DNA of 64,000 bases, taken from assembly GCF_009914755.1 (NCBI RefSeq), contig NC_060947.1. One strand, written 5' to 3'. How positions within the stretch are numbered: the stretch's first letter is position 1; every line of letters starts with the position of its first letter. The DNA is from the human T2T-CHM13v2.0 reference genome, Homo sapiens. Below are positions 63,220 to 64,000 of this stretch, piece after piece. The notes under the pieces are model-generated. The model worked only from the letters and a program-made list of their open reading frames with translations. It was not told the DNA's origin and searched no databases. A program made the translations under genes and the position numbers.

Positions 63220-64000
63220 TGTACGTATTTGGCTGGCAAGAAAAATGGCCGTGCCAGTAAACCAGCTTGTCAAGGGAGCAGGCATCTTTACAGCCCTTAC
63301 CATTCCGTACAGGAGAGTAATATGCCTTTTAAAGTTTGGAAAAGATAGAACTCCGAGAGGACTTTGAAAACTTGGCGATAAAAGTGGGGCCCTTTGTGCA
63401 AAGCTAGTGACGGGCAAATTATGGGCGTGTTTGGGGGGGTTTCAAGAGAACGGGTATGTAAAAATGTTGAGTTCAGGACCACAGACCCCTCCGCCGGGAG
63501 ATACCACTGCGGAGACGGGGGACGCCTGAAATGGTACGGACATCCCTGGTACCTATTACCGGGGAAAAAGGATGCAGAGCCGGTGATAATACATTCCTCC
63601 ACCGGTCAGTATCAGTGGGGAGATGGGGAGAACGTGTGGAGCTGGTACTCCTCTCAAGAAAATAACAGTAGGGAGATAGATACTATTAAGCTAGCGGTGG
63701 CGAAGGCTCAGGTTGGTACAGTCCGTTGTGGGAGATACCACTGGTGCAAATAGGGAGGTGTGGTACAATCTGCCCTCGGAGAAAGAAACGTGAAGAAAGT
63801 GACATTGGTAAACATAGGCGCAGGGAGAGTTGGAGACATAAGCCCAGGGATAAAGGGGCCCAGGTGAGGTGGAATATTAGTCGGAGACTAGGTGAGAAGA
63901 CAGATCTGATCGCGACCCCGCCAGGACTACATTCCATCCTCCTCCTGGGAAACTGTTGCAGAGAGATTTGAGAGGGCGGAGATTCCAGGGTCCCAGTCCT
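63220..64000. promoter_or_regulatory. CpG-enriched unique region, possible orphan promoter
   Basis: Elevated CpG; YY1-like aaaatggccg ~63242; ZNF143-like actacattcc ~63926; GC boxes near 63916 and 63974. Confidence 0.4.

Overview
Human (primate) genomic DNA, recognisable as the Xp11.23 KRAB zinc-finger cluster. It holds the complete minus-strand ZNF182 gene: KRAB-A, KRAB-B, 14 intact plus 1 degenerate C2H2 fingers, and two alternative start-codon exons giving 620 or 639 aa, one of them exonised from an MST LTR. It also holds the four coding exons of the plus-strand lysozyme-like sperm acrosome gene SPACA5 (159 aa), with a shared CpG-island promoter between the two genes. Most of the rest is interspersed repeat (about 30 Alus, L1 fragments, MaLR/ERVL/ERVK LTRs, a full-length SVA and a rare SVA2). 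Features the ORF track does not show: (i) a fossil minus-strand ZNF182-like gene at ~53.9-62.5 kb, with KRAB-A, KRAB-B, an 11-codon stub of the finger exon, collinear intron homology and a possible orphan promoter; (ii) an isolated open-frame KRAB-A relic on the + strand at 10.7 kb; (iii) a four-level nested retroelement stack at 6-10 kb; (iv) an ~850-bp purely alternating purine/pyrimidine minisatellite carrying an E-box array. Exon boundaries were read from the sequence. Repeat-family names and gene identities come from recall and were not database-checked. I found no evidence for a wholly new biological system; the findings are evolutionary and regulatory leads.
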